Positions 47,516 to 56,476 of a DNA stretch of 57,885 nucleotides are shown piece by piece (position 1 is the stretch's first letter; each line of letters starts with the position of its first letter). The stretch comes from Nitrospinota bacterium. GTDB lineage: Bacteria > Nitrospinota > Nitrospinia > Nitrospinales > VA-1. The stretch is from the NCBI GenBank assembly GCA_038108555.1, contig JAYNIA010000010.1, positions 1 to 57,885 of the forward strand. The letters are read 5' to 3'. The notes under the pieces are model-generated. The model ran no database searches and was not told the DNA's origin. It saw nothing but the letters and a program-made list of their open reading frames with translations. Made by a program: the position numbers and the translations under genes.

Positions 47516-49935
47516 GGGTGATTTTGCCTTGAGTTTAAAATTTCCTGACGTAATTGGCGATGCTCGAGTGTGCTTTCGAAGGTATAGCTTTTTTTAATAT
47601 CCTGGTAAATAGGGTCATCATAATCTTCATGACAGGGAATGCAATTGCCAACTCTCAATATTCTGATAATTTCTTTTTGGTTAAAGGGCCTGGCATTTTG
47701 CTGTGAGCTTCCTGCCAAAATTTCTCCACGCATTGAGACTTTAGCCTGGGGATCAAAAACCGATGCCCGGATTTTTTTGTCTGTACGGTTGATTGGTACC
47801 AGAGAATCATTTTTCCCGGAATTATTTGCTCCAATTTTCAAGTCGCCTTTTCCTAATCCTAAAGTTTCAGGGGACAAATGGCAACTTTCGCAGGAGCGAA
47901 CATGGGTGCCGGTGGAATGTGGGTTCAGGGAATAGGCAAGATTCGAGCCAGACGAGCTATGCGGGTTGGTGTACTGCCATTCCTGATAATTTCCCCGATA
48001 TGCGCCTGCCGTTCCTAATGCAGGGATCGGTTTGCCTTTTTCATCCAACACGGAAAGATGTCTTTCAGGTTGCGCGAGCATGGGCGTAACTTTTCCGCGA
48101 GGTCCAATCATTAAAGAGGGTTTTTGAGTTTTTATTGCGGCCATTTCGGAACTTTCCCACTCCACCTTTCCTAATTTCATTGAGGCGTGGCATCCTTTAC
48201 ATTTTACGACCCATTGCGAATGGCAAGCAGAGCATTCCAAACGAGATCGATGTTGGGGAATAGAATGCACCCCTTTGCCTTTTAGCAGGGGGATATCATA
48301 GGTTCTACCACTTTGTTTTCCAATTAGAACAAGTTTCCCATTTTGAACCTTTACATTGGATAAAAGATTTTTTCGCTCAGAAACAGCCACCCAGTCTCCA
48401 ACGGCATTGGGTTCCCCTTTGTAATGCTTGCTCAGTCTAATGACGGTGTCTTTTGGGTTTTTTATCTGGGAAATCATTGGAAAGGCGCTGTCATTTCCAT
48501 GGCAGGTTTCGCATCGAATTTCTACCGCCTGGTGCTGTTTTGAGTAAATGTTTCCATCCCCCATGATATCCCGTTGGGTATGGCAATCGATGCAGTCCAT
48601 ACCTCGGGCCGTATGAACATCAGCTTTGGCCATGCCCTCTCCTGAAAACAGAGAAGGTTCTTCTTTCTTGTCTTGTTTTTCATCCACGGTCTCATCAAGA
48701 TTTTCTTCATCAGGAGTTTTTTCTGCCAGCAGTTCCTCGCTTTCTTCTGGATCTGGCAATGTTTCCTTGTCTATAGGTTGCTCGTCAACTTCGTTTGCTT
48801 GTGCAACCTTGTTTTCATCAGGCAGGGAAAAATTTTCATCCTCAAGTTGCTCGTCGCTTTCCAGCATTAGTTTTTTTTCTTTCAAATCCGGTTTCACAGG
48901 AGAAGGTTCGTTTCCCAATTTTTGTATGGAAAACCCCTTGTGGCATTGAACGCAAACCTGTCGTTGTGGTAGCGCTTGAATTTTGTGAAATTTTGCATGG
49001 CCTGGCTGGGTTTTTGAAATGGTGGGGTCGTTGCCTTCGTAGAGGCCGGTTTTCGAATAGGTAAAATGGCAAGCAGCGCAACCCTGCGACCGAAATTGCC
49101 CTGGCGGCGGCGGAGAATCAATATGGCATTGAAAACATTTCTGTCGTAACAGACGATCAGCGGGGTGTTTGGAAATAGGTTGAATTGTATTTTTATCCCA
49201 TTCAGGAGTATCCAGAGGTGAAAAATAGGGCAGCTTGTCCAACTTGTCCAAGGCTCCCCATTGTACGGGTATGTTGCCATCGTTATCAGAAACAGCCTGT
49301 TTTCCATAACGGGCCGTCTTTTCACTTTGTCCTGCCCATTGGTAGCGCAGGCCCGAAATCATACCTGCCATGGTGTTCATCATCGACTTATTTAGCCGTT
49401 GAATATGGTTTCTATCTTCCTGAACGTGACCCGAGTGACAATAGAGTTGACCGCAGGATTTTTCGACCACACTGAGACTTGAAGGGTTCCGTTTTCCGGT
49501 GCCTGCAAGGGGATCATAAATCAATGTGGCATGGGCCTGGTTTTTATCTACGGATTCAGGTTCTCCCCCATGGCAAACCGTGCAGCCGAAATCGGCAGGA
49601 TGGGAAGAACTCACTGCTGAGATTCCATCATGGCAGGTAATGCATCGTTCTACAGGACGATTCCTGTAGCCCGATACTTTGACCCAGGGGTAATCTGGCA
49701 AGGTGGCGGTGACACGTGCTTCTTTTATGTGAGGTTCCTGGGTTCTCCAATAATGGGCTGTTTCATGATCGGTTGCATTCTCTGCGTTCATTTGGAAAAA
49801 TTTTTCCTGCCAAAAAGTCCAATCACTTTCTTCGGCATTGGCAGAATAGACCCCGATCAGGGTGATCAATAGTACGGCGAGCCCCTTTTTAAGAGTGAAC
49901 ACAGTGCGGGAAGTGAGCGAAAAGTTTGAAATCAA
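47512..49935 (-). CDS. Large multiheme cytochrome c (11 CXXCH + 1 CX4CH), paralog of the downstream gene
   Basis: CITCH, CTVCH, CGQLYCH, CFQCH, CAACH, CVQCH, CIDCH, CETCH, CSACH, CKGCH, CESCH, CIPCH; signal peptide ending ANA. Confidence 0.9.
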   Translation of the reverse strand: MISNFSLTSRTVFTLKKGLAVLLITLIGVYSANAEESDWTFWQEKFFQMNAENATDHETAHYWRTQEPHIKEARVTATLPDYPWVKVSGYRNRPVERCITCHDGISAVSSSHPADFGCTVCHGGEPESVDKNQAHATLIYDPLAGTGKRNPSSLSVVEKSCGQLYCHSGHVQEDRNHIQRLNKSMMNTMAGMISGLRYQWAGQSEKTARYGKQAVSDNDGNIPVQWGALDKLDKLPYFSPLDTPEWDKNTIQPISKHPADRLLRQKCFQCHIDSPPPPGQFRSQGCAACHFTYSKTGLYEGNDPTISKTQPGHAKFHKIQALPQRQVCVQCHKGFSIQKLGNEPSPVKPDLKEKKLMLESDEQLEDENFSLPDENKVAQANEVDEQPIDKETLPDPEESEELLAEKTPDEENLDETVDEKQDKKEEPSLFSGEGMAKADVHTARGMDCIDCHTQRDIMGDGNIYSKQHQAVEIRCETCHGNDSAFPMISQIKNPKDTVIRLSKHYKGEPNAVGDWVAVSERKNLLSNVKVQNGKLVLIGKQSGRTYDIPLLKGKGVHSIPQHRSRLECSACHSQWVVKCKGCHASMKLGKVEWESSEMAAIKTQKPSLMIGPRGKVTPMLAQPERHLSVLDEKGKPIPALGTAGAYRGNYQEWQYTNPHSSSGSNLAYSLNPHSTGTHVRSCESCHLSPETLGLGKGDLKIGANNSGKNDSLVPINRTDKKIRASVFDPQAKVSMRGEILAGSSQQNARPFNQKEIIRILRVGNCIPCHEDYDDPIYQDIKKSYTFESTLEHRQLRQEILNSRQNHP

Positions 49936-49953
49936 TCGCTTTATACAAAAGAA

Positions 49954-50262
49954 TCAGGTGGATGAATTGTATACAACGGAAACGTTGTTAAGGTAACTTT
50001 TTAACTCATCAAGATGATTTTGAATTCTATCAGGAGCTTTTTCTTTTGCAGCAAGTTCAATGGCAGCCCCTATTTGACTTATTGGCATGAACCCATAACC
50101 GCCCCCGGAGCCTTTCATAGAATGACCCAGGGTGCGGATTGCTTTTAAATCGGAATTTTTTAGTGCTTCGTTGATGGCCTTTATATCTTTGCGGCGATTT
50201 TCCAAATACCCCGGAATCAATTCACGTAAATCAGGGTCCACATATGCGATAATTTTTTTCAC
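49954..50262 (-). CDS. Stand-alone Hpt (histidine phosphotransfer) protein
   Basis: LGHSMKGSGGGYG..IS.IG..IE..AK Hpt motif. Confidence 0.88.
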   Translation of the reverse strand: MKKIIAYVDPDLRELIPGYLENRRKDIKAINEALKNSDLKAIRTLGHSMKGSGGGYGFMPISQIGAAIELAAKEKAPDRIQNHLDELKSYLNNVSVVYNSST

Positions 50263-50356
50263 TGAGATTTTCCACGCCCAATTAATTATCGCCAGCGAGC
50301 ATCAACTTATTTCACTGAACGATTTACCTTCCTGTCTTCCCGGTAAGTATAATGGT

Positions 50357-50860
50357 TCAGTACAATGGATTGTGAAAATAATACAAGGCATCACCAGAAG
50401 GTCCAATGCTGTAATCGGGTAAGCTGGAACAGTGCTCAAGTGAGATTTTCCATTTGGAGCCTTCTTTGACAAAATTGTAATTACAAACACTGTGTTGGCG
50501 TTCATCCCTATGCATTGATTTGGAAGTAACGCTTGTGATTTCGTCAACCAGAACATATCCCACCTGACTTCCTGCATGTCCGGCGAGAACCTGACGCTGA
50601 ACCTGACATTGAATATCACGGAAATCAGCTATCATCAATTGATAGTCCCGTACTCTGTTATCCAGTAGAGCTCGTTTGTCATCTGAAATTATTACCAGAT
50701 TCTTGCTGTAGTAATCAGGTAATCTTTCGGGATGGGTGCAGGCAAGGTTATCCAGTTTCTTTAGGATATTGGCAAACACATCTGTTTCGGCAGCCAGGGC
50801 GTTATTACTAATTACCAGGGACATAATGAGAATCATCCCGGTGAATATGAAGCGCTTCAT
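50357..50860 (-). CDS. Exported NTF2/SnoaL-like fold protein
   Basis: Signal peptide ending ALA, C-terminal F.KEG.KWKI..EH.S motif typical of NTF2-like proteins, four Cys. Confidence 0.7.
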   Translation of the reverse strand: MKRFIFTGMILIMSLVISNNALAAETDVFANILKKLDNLACTHPERLPDYYSKNLVIISDDKRALLDNRVRDYQLMIADFRDIQCQVQRQVLAGHAGSQVGYVLVDEITSVTSKSMHRDERQHSVCNYNFVKEGSKWKISLEHCSSLPDYSIGPSGDALYYFHNPLY

Positions 50861-50932
50861 TTTAAAGTTTCTCCAGAAAAATATTAAAAGATCTAAAAGC
50901 TATAATTCGAACCGCTAAAAAAGCGGGGTAAA

Positions 50933-53107
50933 TCATGGAAAATTATGCAAATAAATTTCAACCGTTTCACCATCCTGAGCCCAACCGAAATTGCTGGTTC
51001 CAGCAAAAGTGGAAATAATTCCATTTGCATCTACTTTCCGGATGCGGTTATTTCCCATATCGGTGATGTACATATTATTTTTGGAGTCAAAGGCAATGGC
51101 CAGGGGACTTTTTAGCATGGCTTTTGTCGCTGGGCCTCCGTCTCCAGAATATCCCTGGTAACCATTTCCTGCCACCCTGACTATTTTCCCATCTTTGGTT
51201 ATTTTTCTAACGGTGTTGGCGTTCATCCCGACTATATGAAGTTCTCCCTTGGGGCTAACTGCCAAATAGTTCATATGGCGGATACTGGCTTCAAGTGCAG
51301 GACCACCGTCTCCAGCGTTTTTATGTTTTCCATTTCCGGCCACAGTGGTAACGATGCCATGGGTGTCGATTTTTCGAATCAGATTGTTCGCGCCATCGGC
51401 AATATATAAATTCCCCTCCTTATCAGTTGCCAGGTAACTGGGATCACGGAATGCTGCTTCACTTGCCGGACCACCATCCCCGTAATATCCTGACTCTCCG
51501 GTTCCGGCGATGGTGGTGATTTCGCCTTCATGATCCACTTTACGGATCTGATGATTGAGCCGGTCAGAAATAAACATGTTTCCTTTATGATCAAAGGCAA
51601 AATCTGAAAAGGTCGTAATCGTAGCCAGTTCTCCTGTCTGTACCTTACCCTTGTATTTGCTGTTCTCAATTGAGTCCATATAATCAGGGTCTACCGTGTC
51701 CAGGAATTTACGCATGATTCCATTTTCATCAATTTTGCGGATCAGGCTTACAAATCCACTCGGACTGATGATATACATTTCACCTTTATTATTCAGTTTC
51801 AAAGAGGTGGGATTATAGATAGAAGCTTCCATGGCAGGTAAACCGTCACCAATATTCCCCCGCTTTCCATTTCCAGCAATCGTTTGGATGATGCCATCTG
51901 GGGAGATACTACGAATGCGATAGTTCCCTTTATCAGATACAAGCACATTGTCATTTTTATCCACCGTGATACCATGTGGAAAGCTCAAGGTAGCCCCGGT
52001 TGCCGGGCCCCCATCCCCTTGAAACATTTTTTCTCCATTTCCTGCGATAGTTGTTACGCTTCCCCTTTTAAGGTTGACGCTACGGATTCGATAATGCGAG
52101 CGGTCAATGATCAGCAGGTTTCCTTCAGGGCTGACCGCAACTCCAAAGGGAAGATGCAGGTTAGTTTCCCGGGCAACTTCAGAGTCCCCGTTGTAATCCT
52201 GTCTCCCTGTCCCGACGACTGTGGTGATCATTCCCTGTGAATCCACAGCCCGTACGCGGTTGTTGCTTCGATCAGCGATGTACAACACACCCTCATTATC
52301 TACGACAACACCTGTGGGGCCTGCAACACTTGCGCGATACGCCGGGCCATTGTCACCACTGAAAAAGAATCCACCATCACCTGCTACTGTTGTAATAATT
52401 CCCCGAGTATTTACTCTTCGTACCCGGTTATTGCGGCGGTCTGCGATGTATAAATTGTCTTTCGCATCAAAGGCTATTCCAAAGGGCTTATCAAGAGTGG
52501 CTTGAGTCGCGGGCCCGGAATCTCCTTTAAAGCCTTCTTTGCCATTCCCGGCATAGGTGCTGATGATTCCATTGGAATCAATCTTCCGGATGCGGTCGTT
52601 GGATCGGTCTGAGAAATACAGATTTCCTTTTTGATCGAAAGCAATTCCAGAGGGATGCTTAATTTGCGCGTTCTTAGCCTGTCCTCCGTCACCACTGAAA
52701 CCAGCAGTCCCTGTGCCTGCGATGGTGGTTATGGTTCCACTTGTATCCACTTTGCGAATACGATGGTTGTTTCTGTCTGCAATATATAAATTTCCGCGCT
52801 TGTCGAAGGCCAGCCCCGCTGGGACGTTCAGTCTGGCTTCAGTGGCTTTGCCACCATCTCCACTGAACCCTGAGGAACCATTGCCGGCATAGGCAGTCAT
52901 GTTACCGTTTAGGTCAATGCGGCTGATAACATTGTTATCCCGCCTGGCAATATAAACATTTCCCTTTTTATCCACAGCGATACCATCCACCAGAGATATT
53001 TCAGTATTGGTTGCTGAAAGGGTTTTCGCAATTACCTCAGATTTTGGGAAAGCACTTCCCAGCAAAAAAGTTAGGACCGCAAATAAGAAAAAATATTTTT
53101 TGAACAT
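50933..53107 (-). CDS. Exported NHL-repeat beta-propeller protein (12 repeats)
   Basis: Twelve P.G.A.D..GNLYIAD..N.RIRK.D..G.I.T.AG.G..G.SGDGG.A units. Signal peptide begins at ATG 53107 (track start 53131). Confidence 0.9.
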   Translation of the reverse strand: MFKKYFFLFAVLTFLLGSAFPKSEVIAKTLSATNTEISLVDGIAVDKKGNVYIARRDNNVISRIDLNGNMTAYAGNGSSGFSGDGGKATEARLNVPAGLAFDKRGNLYIADRNNHRIRKVDTSGTITTIAGTGTAGFSGDGGQAKNAQIKHPSGIAFDQKGNLYFSDRSNDRIRKIDSNGIISTYAGNGKEGFKGDSGPATQATLDKPFGIAFDAKDNLYIADRRNNRVRRVNTRGIITTVAGDGGFFFSGDNGPAYRASVAGPTGVVVDNEGVLYIADRSNNRVRAVDSQGMITTVVGTGRQDYNGDSEVARETNLHLPFGVAVSPEGNLLIIDRSHYRIRSVNLKRGSVTTIAGNGEKMFQGDGGPATGATLSFPHGITVDKNDNVLVSDKGNYRIRSISPDGIIQTIAGNGKRGNIGDGLPAMEASIYNPTSLKLNNKGEMYIISPSGFVSLIRKIDENGIMRKFLDTVDPDYMDSIENSKYKGKVQTGELATITTFSDFAFDHKGNMFISDRLNHQIRKVDHEGEITTIAGTGESGYYGDGGPASEAAFRDPSYLATDKEGNLYIADGANNLIRKIDTHGIVTTVAGNGKHKNAGDGGPALEASIRHMNYLAVSPKGELHIVGMNANTVRKITKDGKIVRVAGNGYQGYSGDGGPATKAMLKSPLAIAFDSKNNMYITDMGNNRIRKVDANGIISTFAGTSNFGWAQDGETVEIYLHNFP

Positions 53108-53240
53108 GTTAAAAAACCTCGTTATAGGCAATAAATGTCGAAAAATGATCCTTAAATCTTATCTATTTAAAATAAAATTTAACGGGGATAAATCGAATTT
53201 GCCCGGAAAGAAAAGCCTTAAATGTCTTGTAAGATAGACA

Positions 53241-53268
53241 ATTATACGTTTCATTAAATCCTTGTCAA
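53241..53268 (-). promoter_or_regulatory. Consensus sigma70 promoter for the NHL-multiheme operon
   Basis: Minus strand TTGACA (53268-53263), 16 nt, TATAAT (53246-53241). Confidence 0.75.
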
Positions 53269-53619
53269 ATGAATTCAATTTCCCGGCTTTTTTGAGTTGA
53301 TACATTTAATTTTGGCCTACCATTTACAAAAAAAATTTCTTTAAAAATTCTTACAATCACCCCTATTTTAAAGGTTTTTAGGAGGTCTGGATTCAATGGA
53401 GAAGTCCCATGGTGTGGTAACAGGAACTACAATTTGGACCAAACATTTGTGGTTTATAAAGCATTTTATAAGAAGGAAATCCTTTTTAGATTAAATTTTT
53501 TTTAATTTTCATGAAAATGATGTAAACTATTTAGAATCAAAGACAAAGAGGAATTTCGGGCAGGATGCCAAGCTAATTTTTTGGCTAACAATTAAGCAAT
53601 AACTAAAGGACGTATCTTT

Positions 53620-54669
53620 ATGCGAATTGCAACTTTATTGATTTTTGTTTCGATCCAGACCCTCGGGATTATTTCCGGTGTTAAAAATGCTTCTGGAGAT
53701 GATTTGCATCTTTCATTTGAGAATGAAGTTGCGGGAATTACTCCTGGAATGGTGATCCTTCCCAAAGCAACCGGAAGTTTGCAACAACCCGGTTCTCATT
53801 CCACTGAGTCAAAGGCCTCAAAGCCAGGCCATTCAAACAAAAATCAAATTGATAAAGAAAAATCCAGAAAAAAGATTGGTGAAGATTTTTATGCGAACGC
53901 AGGTTTCATTTCCAAAAATATGGTCCCTGTTGGAAAGGTGGCAAAATTATTCGACAACAAACTGGGAACTTCCGGACCTGAAAAAGTGTTCATTGATTTG
54001 GGAAGAAGGCAGGGAGTGGAAACGGGGGATAAATTTACGGTCTACAGTAAGGAAAGATTCATTCACCATCCCGTCCTTGGAATTAAAGGAGAATTTCTTG
54101 GTTTAAAAAAAGAATGGTGGGCTGAACGCCCCCATTCCAAACAGGATGGGTTTGCACCCAAGGGAATCTGGGAACGCCAGGGAAAACCTTTAGGAAATAG
54201 AATTGTGATTCGAGGTGTGCTTGAGGTCTACGAAGTCGGCGATGAGTTCTCCTATGCAAATGTAATCAAATCCTATGAAGATATCAAACCTGGAGAGTTT
54301 TTAATCCCCTATCAGGAAAATTTAGAACCCTTCATGGATAATAGCAGCGATCGTAATATTGAAGGTTATATTGTAGCCACCAAAGGGGACCGAATAGGGG
54401 TTGGTCTAACGGATATTGTTTATGTCGATAAAGGCTGGCAGGAAGGAGTCCATGCCGGCCAGGTGTTTGAAGTTTACCGAATCGCGGAGATTGTGAAAAA
54501 AAAATGGTGGCATAAATTTGGAGCCTACGGAACAGTGCGAACGCCTTTGCTTCCTGAGGTGCTGGGGGAATTAAAAATAGTGAACACTCAGAAACACACG
54601 GCAACGGGGGTCATTGTCATGAACCATTACGATATGCATGTGGGGAATAAAATAAGAATTAAGCGTTAG
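53620..54669 (+). CDS. Exported protein with two FlgT-C/TsaP-like beta domains, no LysM
   Basis: Two V(F/Y)(I/V)D.G...GV..G..F.VY ... G.L.(V/I) units; hydrophobic N-terminus; AAGGA SD. Confidence 0.6.
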   Translation: MRIATLLIFVSIQTLGIISGVKNASGDDLHLSFENEVAGITPGMVILPKATGSLQQPGSHSTESKASKPGHSNKNQIDKEKSRKKIGEDFYANAGFISKNMVPVGKVAKLFDNKLGTSGPEKVFIDLGRRQGVETGDKFTVYSKERFIHHPVLGIKGEFLGLKKEWWAERPHSKQDGFAPKGIWERQGKPLGNRIVIRGVLEVYEVGDEFSYANVIKSYEDIKPGEFLIPYQENLEPFMDNSSDRNIEGYIVATKGDRIGVGLTDIVYVDKGWQEGVHAGQVFEVYRIAEIVKKKWWHKFGAYGTVRTPLLPEVLGELKIVNTQKHTATGVIVMNHYDMHVGNKIRIKR

Positions 54670-55865
54670 CCGGGCTGGATTTTTAAAAACCGCTTCTTCC
54701 CTACTTTAATCAGATATTCGTTATCCCCGGCAAACTCCTGATTCACATCTGAAACTTTATCACCATTTACGGTAACCGACCCCTGCTGTATCAAGCGCCG
54801 TGCCGCAGAAGTGCTTTCTGTCAATTTGTTTTCTTTGAGAATATTACAAATATTGCGCGTTTCCTTTCCCCATCCTGTAATGACGGGGATATCTTCGGGC
54901 AGGTTTTTTTTCTTAAAAACGTTTTCAAATTCACTTGAAGCCGCCTCTGCCAACTCTGAGGAATGGTAGAGAGTCACAATCTCTTTGGCTAAATTTACTT
55001 TGGCAATTTTAGGATTTAACGTTCCCGATTTTGCCTGCTCCTTCATGGAACTCAGTTCGTCGGTAGAAACTTGGCTCAATAGCTCATAGTATCGCCACAT
55101 TAAATCATCGGAGATCGACATGATCTTTCCAAACATTTCATTTGGATTGTCAAAGACCCCGATGCTGTTGCCCAGGCTCTTGCTCATTTTTTGGACGCCG
55201 TCGGTTCCTTCCAGCAATGGCATGGTGAGAACGATCTGGGGTTTCTGTCCGTAAGCCCGTTGCAGGTCGCGGCCCACCAGTAAGTTGAACTTCTGGTCGG
55301 TTCCTCCCAGCTCCACATCGCTTTTCAGAGCAACAGAATCGTAGCCTTGAATTAACGGATACATGAGCTCATGAATAGAAACGGGAAGGTTGTTTGCCAG
55401 CCGTTTTTGAAAATCATCCCTTTCCAGCATGCGGGCTACCGTGTAGTGGGCTGCCAGTTCAATCATATTGACCGAGGTAAACTTTCCCATCCACTCACTG
55501 TTATAGGCAATGGTGGTTTTTTCACTATCCAGAATCTTGAATACCTGTTCAAGGTAGGTTTTTGCGTTTTCCTTGACTTCGTCCGGTGTAAGATTTTTTC
55601 TGGTTTCAGAGCGCCCGGTGGGGTCTCCGATCATCCCCGTGAAATCTCCAATAAGAAAAATTACTTCGTGACCCAGATCCTGAAACTGTTTCATTTTATG
55701 CAATAGAACCGTATGGCCGAGATGGAGGTCAGGAGCGGTGGGATCAAACCCAGCCTTGATTTTTAACGGGGTTCCCTTTTCAAGCAACTGAGCCAGATCT
55801 TTCTCATCAATAATCTCAGAGGTGCCTCTTCGCAAAGTTTTTAATTGTTCTTCGGCCGGTAGCAT
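54666..55865 (-). CDS. tyrS: Tyrosine--tRNA ligase
   Basis: [29 protein letters not shown] and KMSKS motifs; S4 domain ending VGKKRF. Confidence 0.98.
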   Translation of the reverse strand: MLPAEEQLKTLRRGTSEIIDEKDLAQLLEKGTPLKIKAGFDPTAPDLHLGHTVLLHKMKQFQDLGHEVIFLIGDFTGMIGDPTGRSETRKNLTPDEVKENAKTYLEQVFKILDSEKTTIAYNSEWMGKFTSVNMIELAAHYTVARMLERDDFQKRLANNLPVSIHELMYPLIQGYDSVALKSDVELGGTDQKFNLLVGRDLQRAYGQKPQIVLTMPLLEGTDGVQKMSKSLGNSIGVFDNPNEMFGKIMSISDDLMWRYYELLSQVSTDELSSMKEQAKSGTLNPKIAKVNLAKEIVTLYHSSELAEAASSEFENVFKKKNLPEDIPVITGWGKETRNICNILKENKLTESTSAARRLIQQGSVTVNGDKVSDVNQEFAGDNEYLIKVGKKRFLKIQPG

Positions 55866-56086
55866 GTTTGATTATTTCCAGGGCATTCTTTAAATTGGAA
55901 AATTAATTTTAACCCGATCAATTAGATATTTTAGCCTCTGGCCTGGTTCCTGGAAAAAAAAACTTTTTCAGGATAAGCCAGTCGTTTTGTGTTGGGGTCG
56001 TTTATTGCAAATATAAGAAAGGGAAGCTAACATAACCCGGAATGTTCTGCAACTGCCGCAACTTTGCGCAAAGGAAAAAAGAAACA

Positions 56087-56476
56087 TTGGAAAACAATCC
56101 TGAAAACTCAATAAATCCAGATACACCAACCCAATCTGATCATTCGAAAAAATTCAAACAGGCCGGGTACGGGTTTTTATTATTCAACCTGATTTATCTG
56201 GTCGTGGTGGTTAAATTTATTCCGGGGATCACTTTTGATATTTCCGCTGTTCTTTCATTTTTGGCTTACGTTTTACTTGTCGGTTTTATTACCTATTATA
56301 TTTTGAAGGAGAAAAAACTCCTGACACAAATTCTTGCCGTTATTTATGCCGGAAGATCGGCTAACGCGATTTATTTATTGTTTGGAGACAATATTTTTCC
56401 TGCCGTCCCCTATTTTTTACCCTGTCTGATTATCACGTTTTATTTGCTCGGAAGAGCAGGTTGGAATTGGCCCTGA
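56087..56476 (+). CDS. Hypothetical membrane protein (~4 TM)
   Basis: Four hydrophobic segments. Stop overlaps the next ATG (TGATG). Start uncertain (TTG 56087 chosen). Confidence 0.65.
   Translation: MENNPENSINPDTPTQSDHSKKFKQAGYGFLLFNLIYLVVVVKFIPGITFDISAVLSFLAYVLLVGFITYYILKEKKLLTQILAVIYAGRSANAIYLLFGDNIFPAVPYFLPCLIITFYLLGRAGWNWP

Noticed and set aside
44738..49935. Assignment as HAO, NrfA or MtrA/MtrC
   Set aside because: There is no CXXCK motif, heme count and spacing differ, and no MtrB-like porin is adjacent.
50933..53107. Periodic DNA similarity suggesting a CRISPR or tandem repeat array
   Set aside because: It is explained by degenerate NHL protein repeats; there are no identical repeats with spacers and no cas genes.
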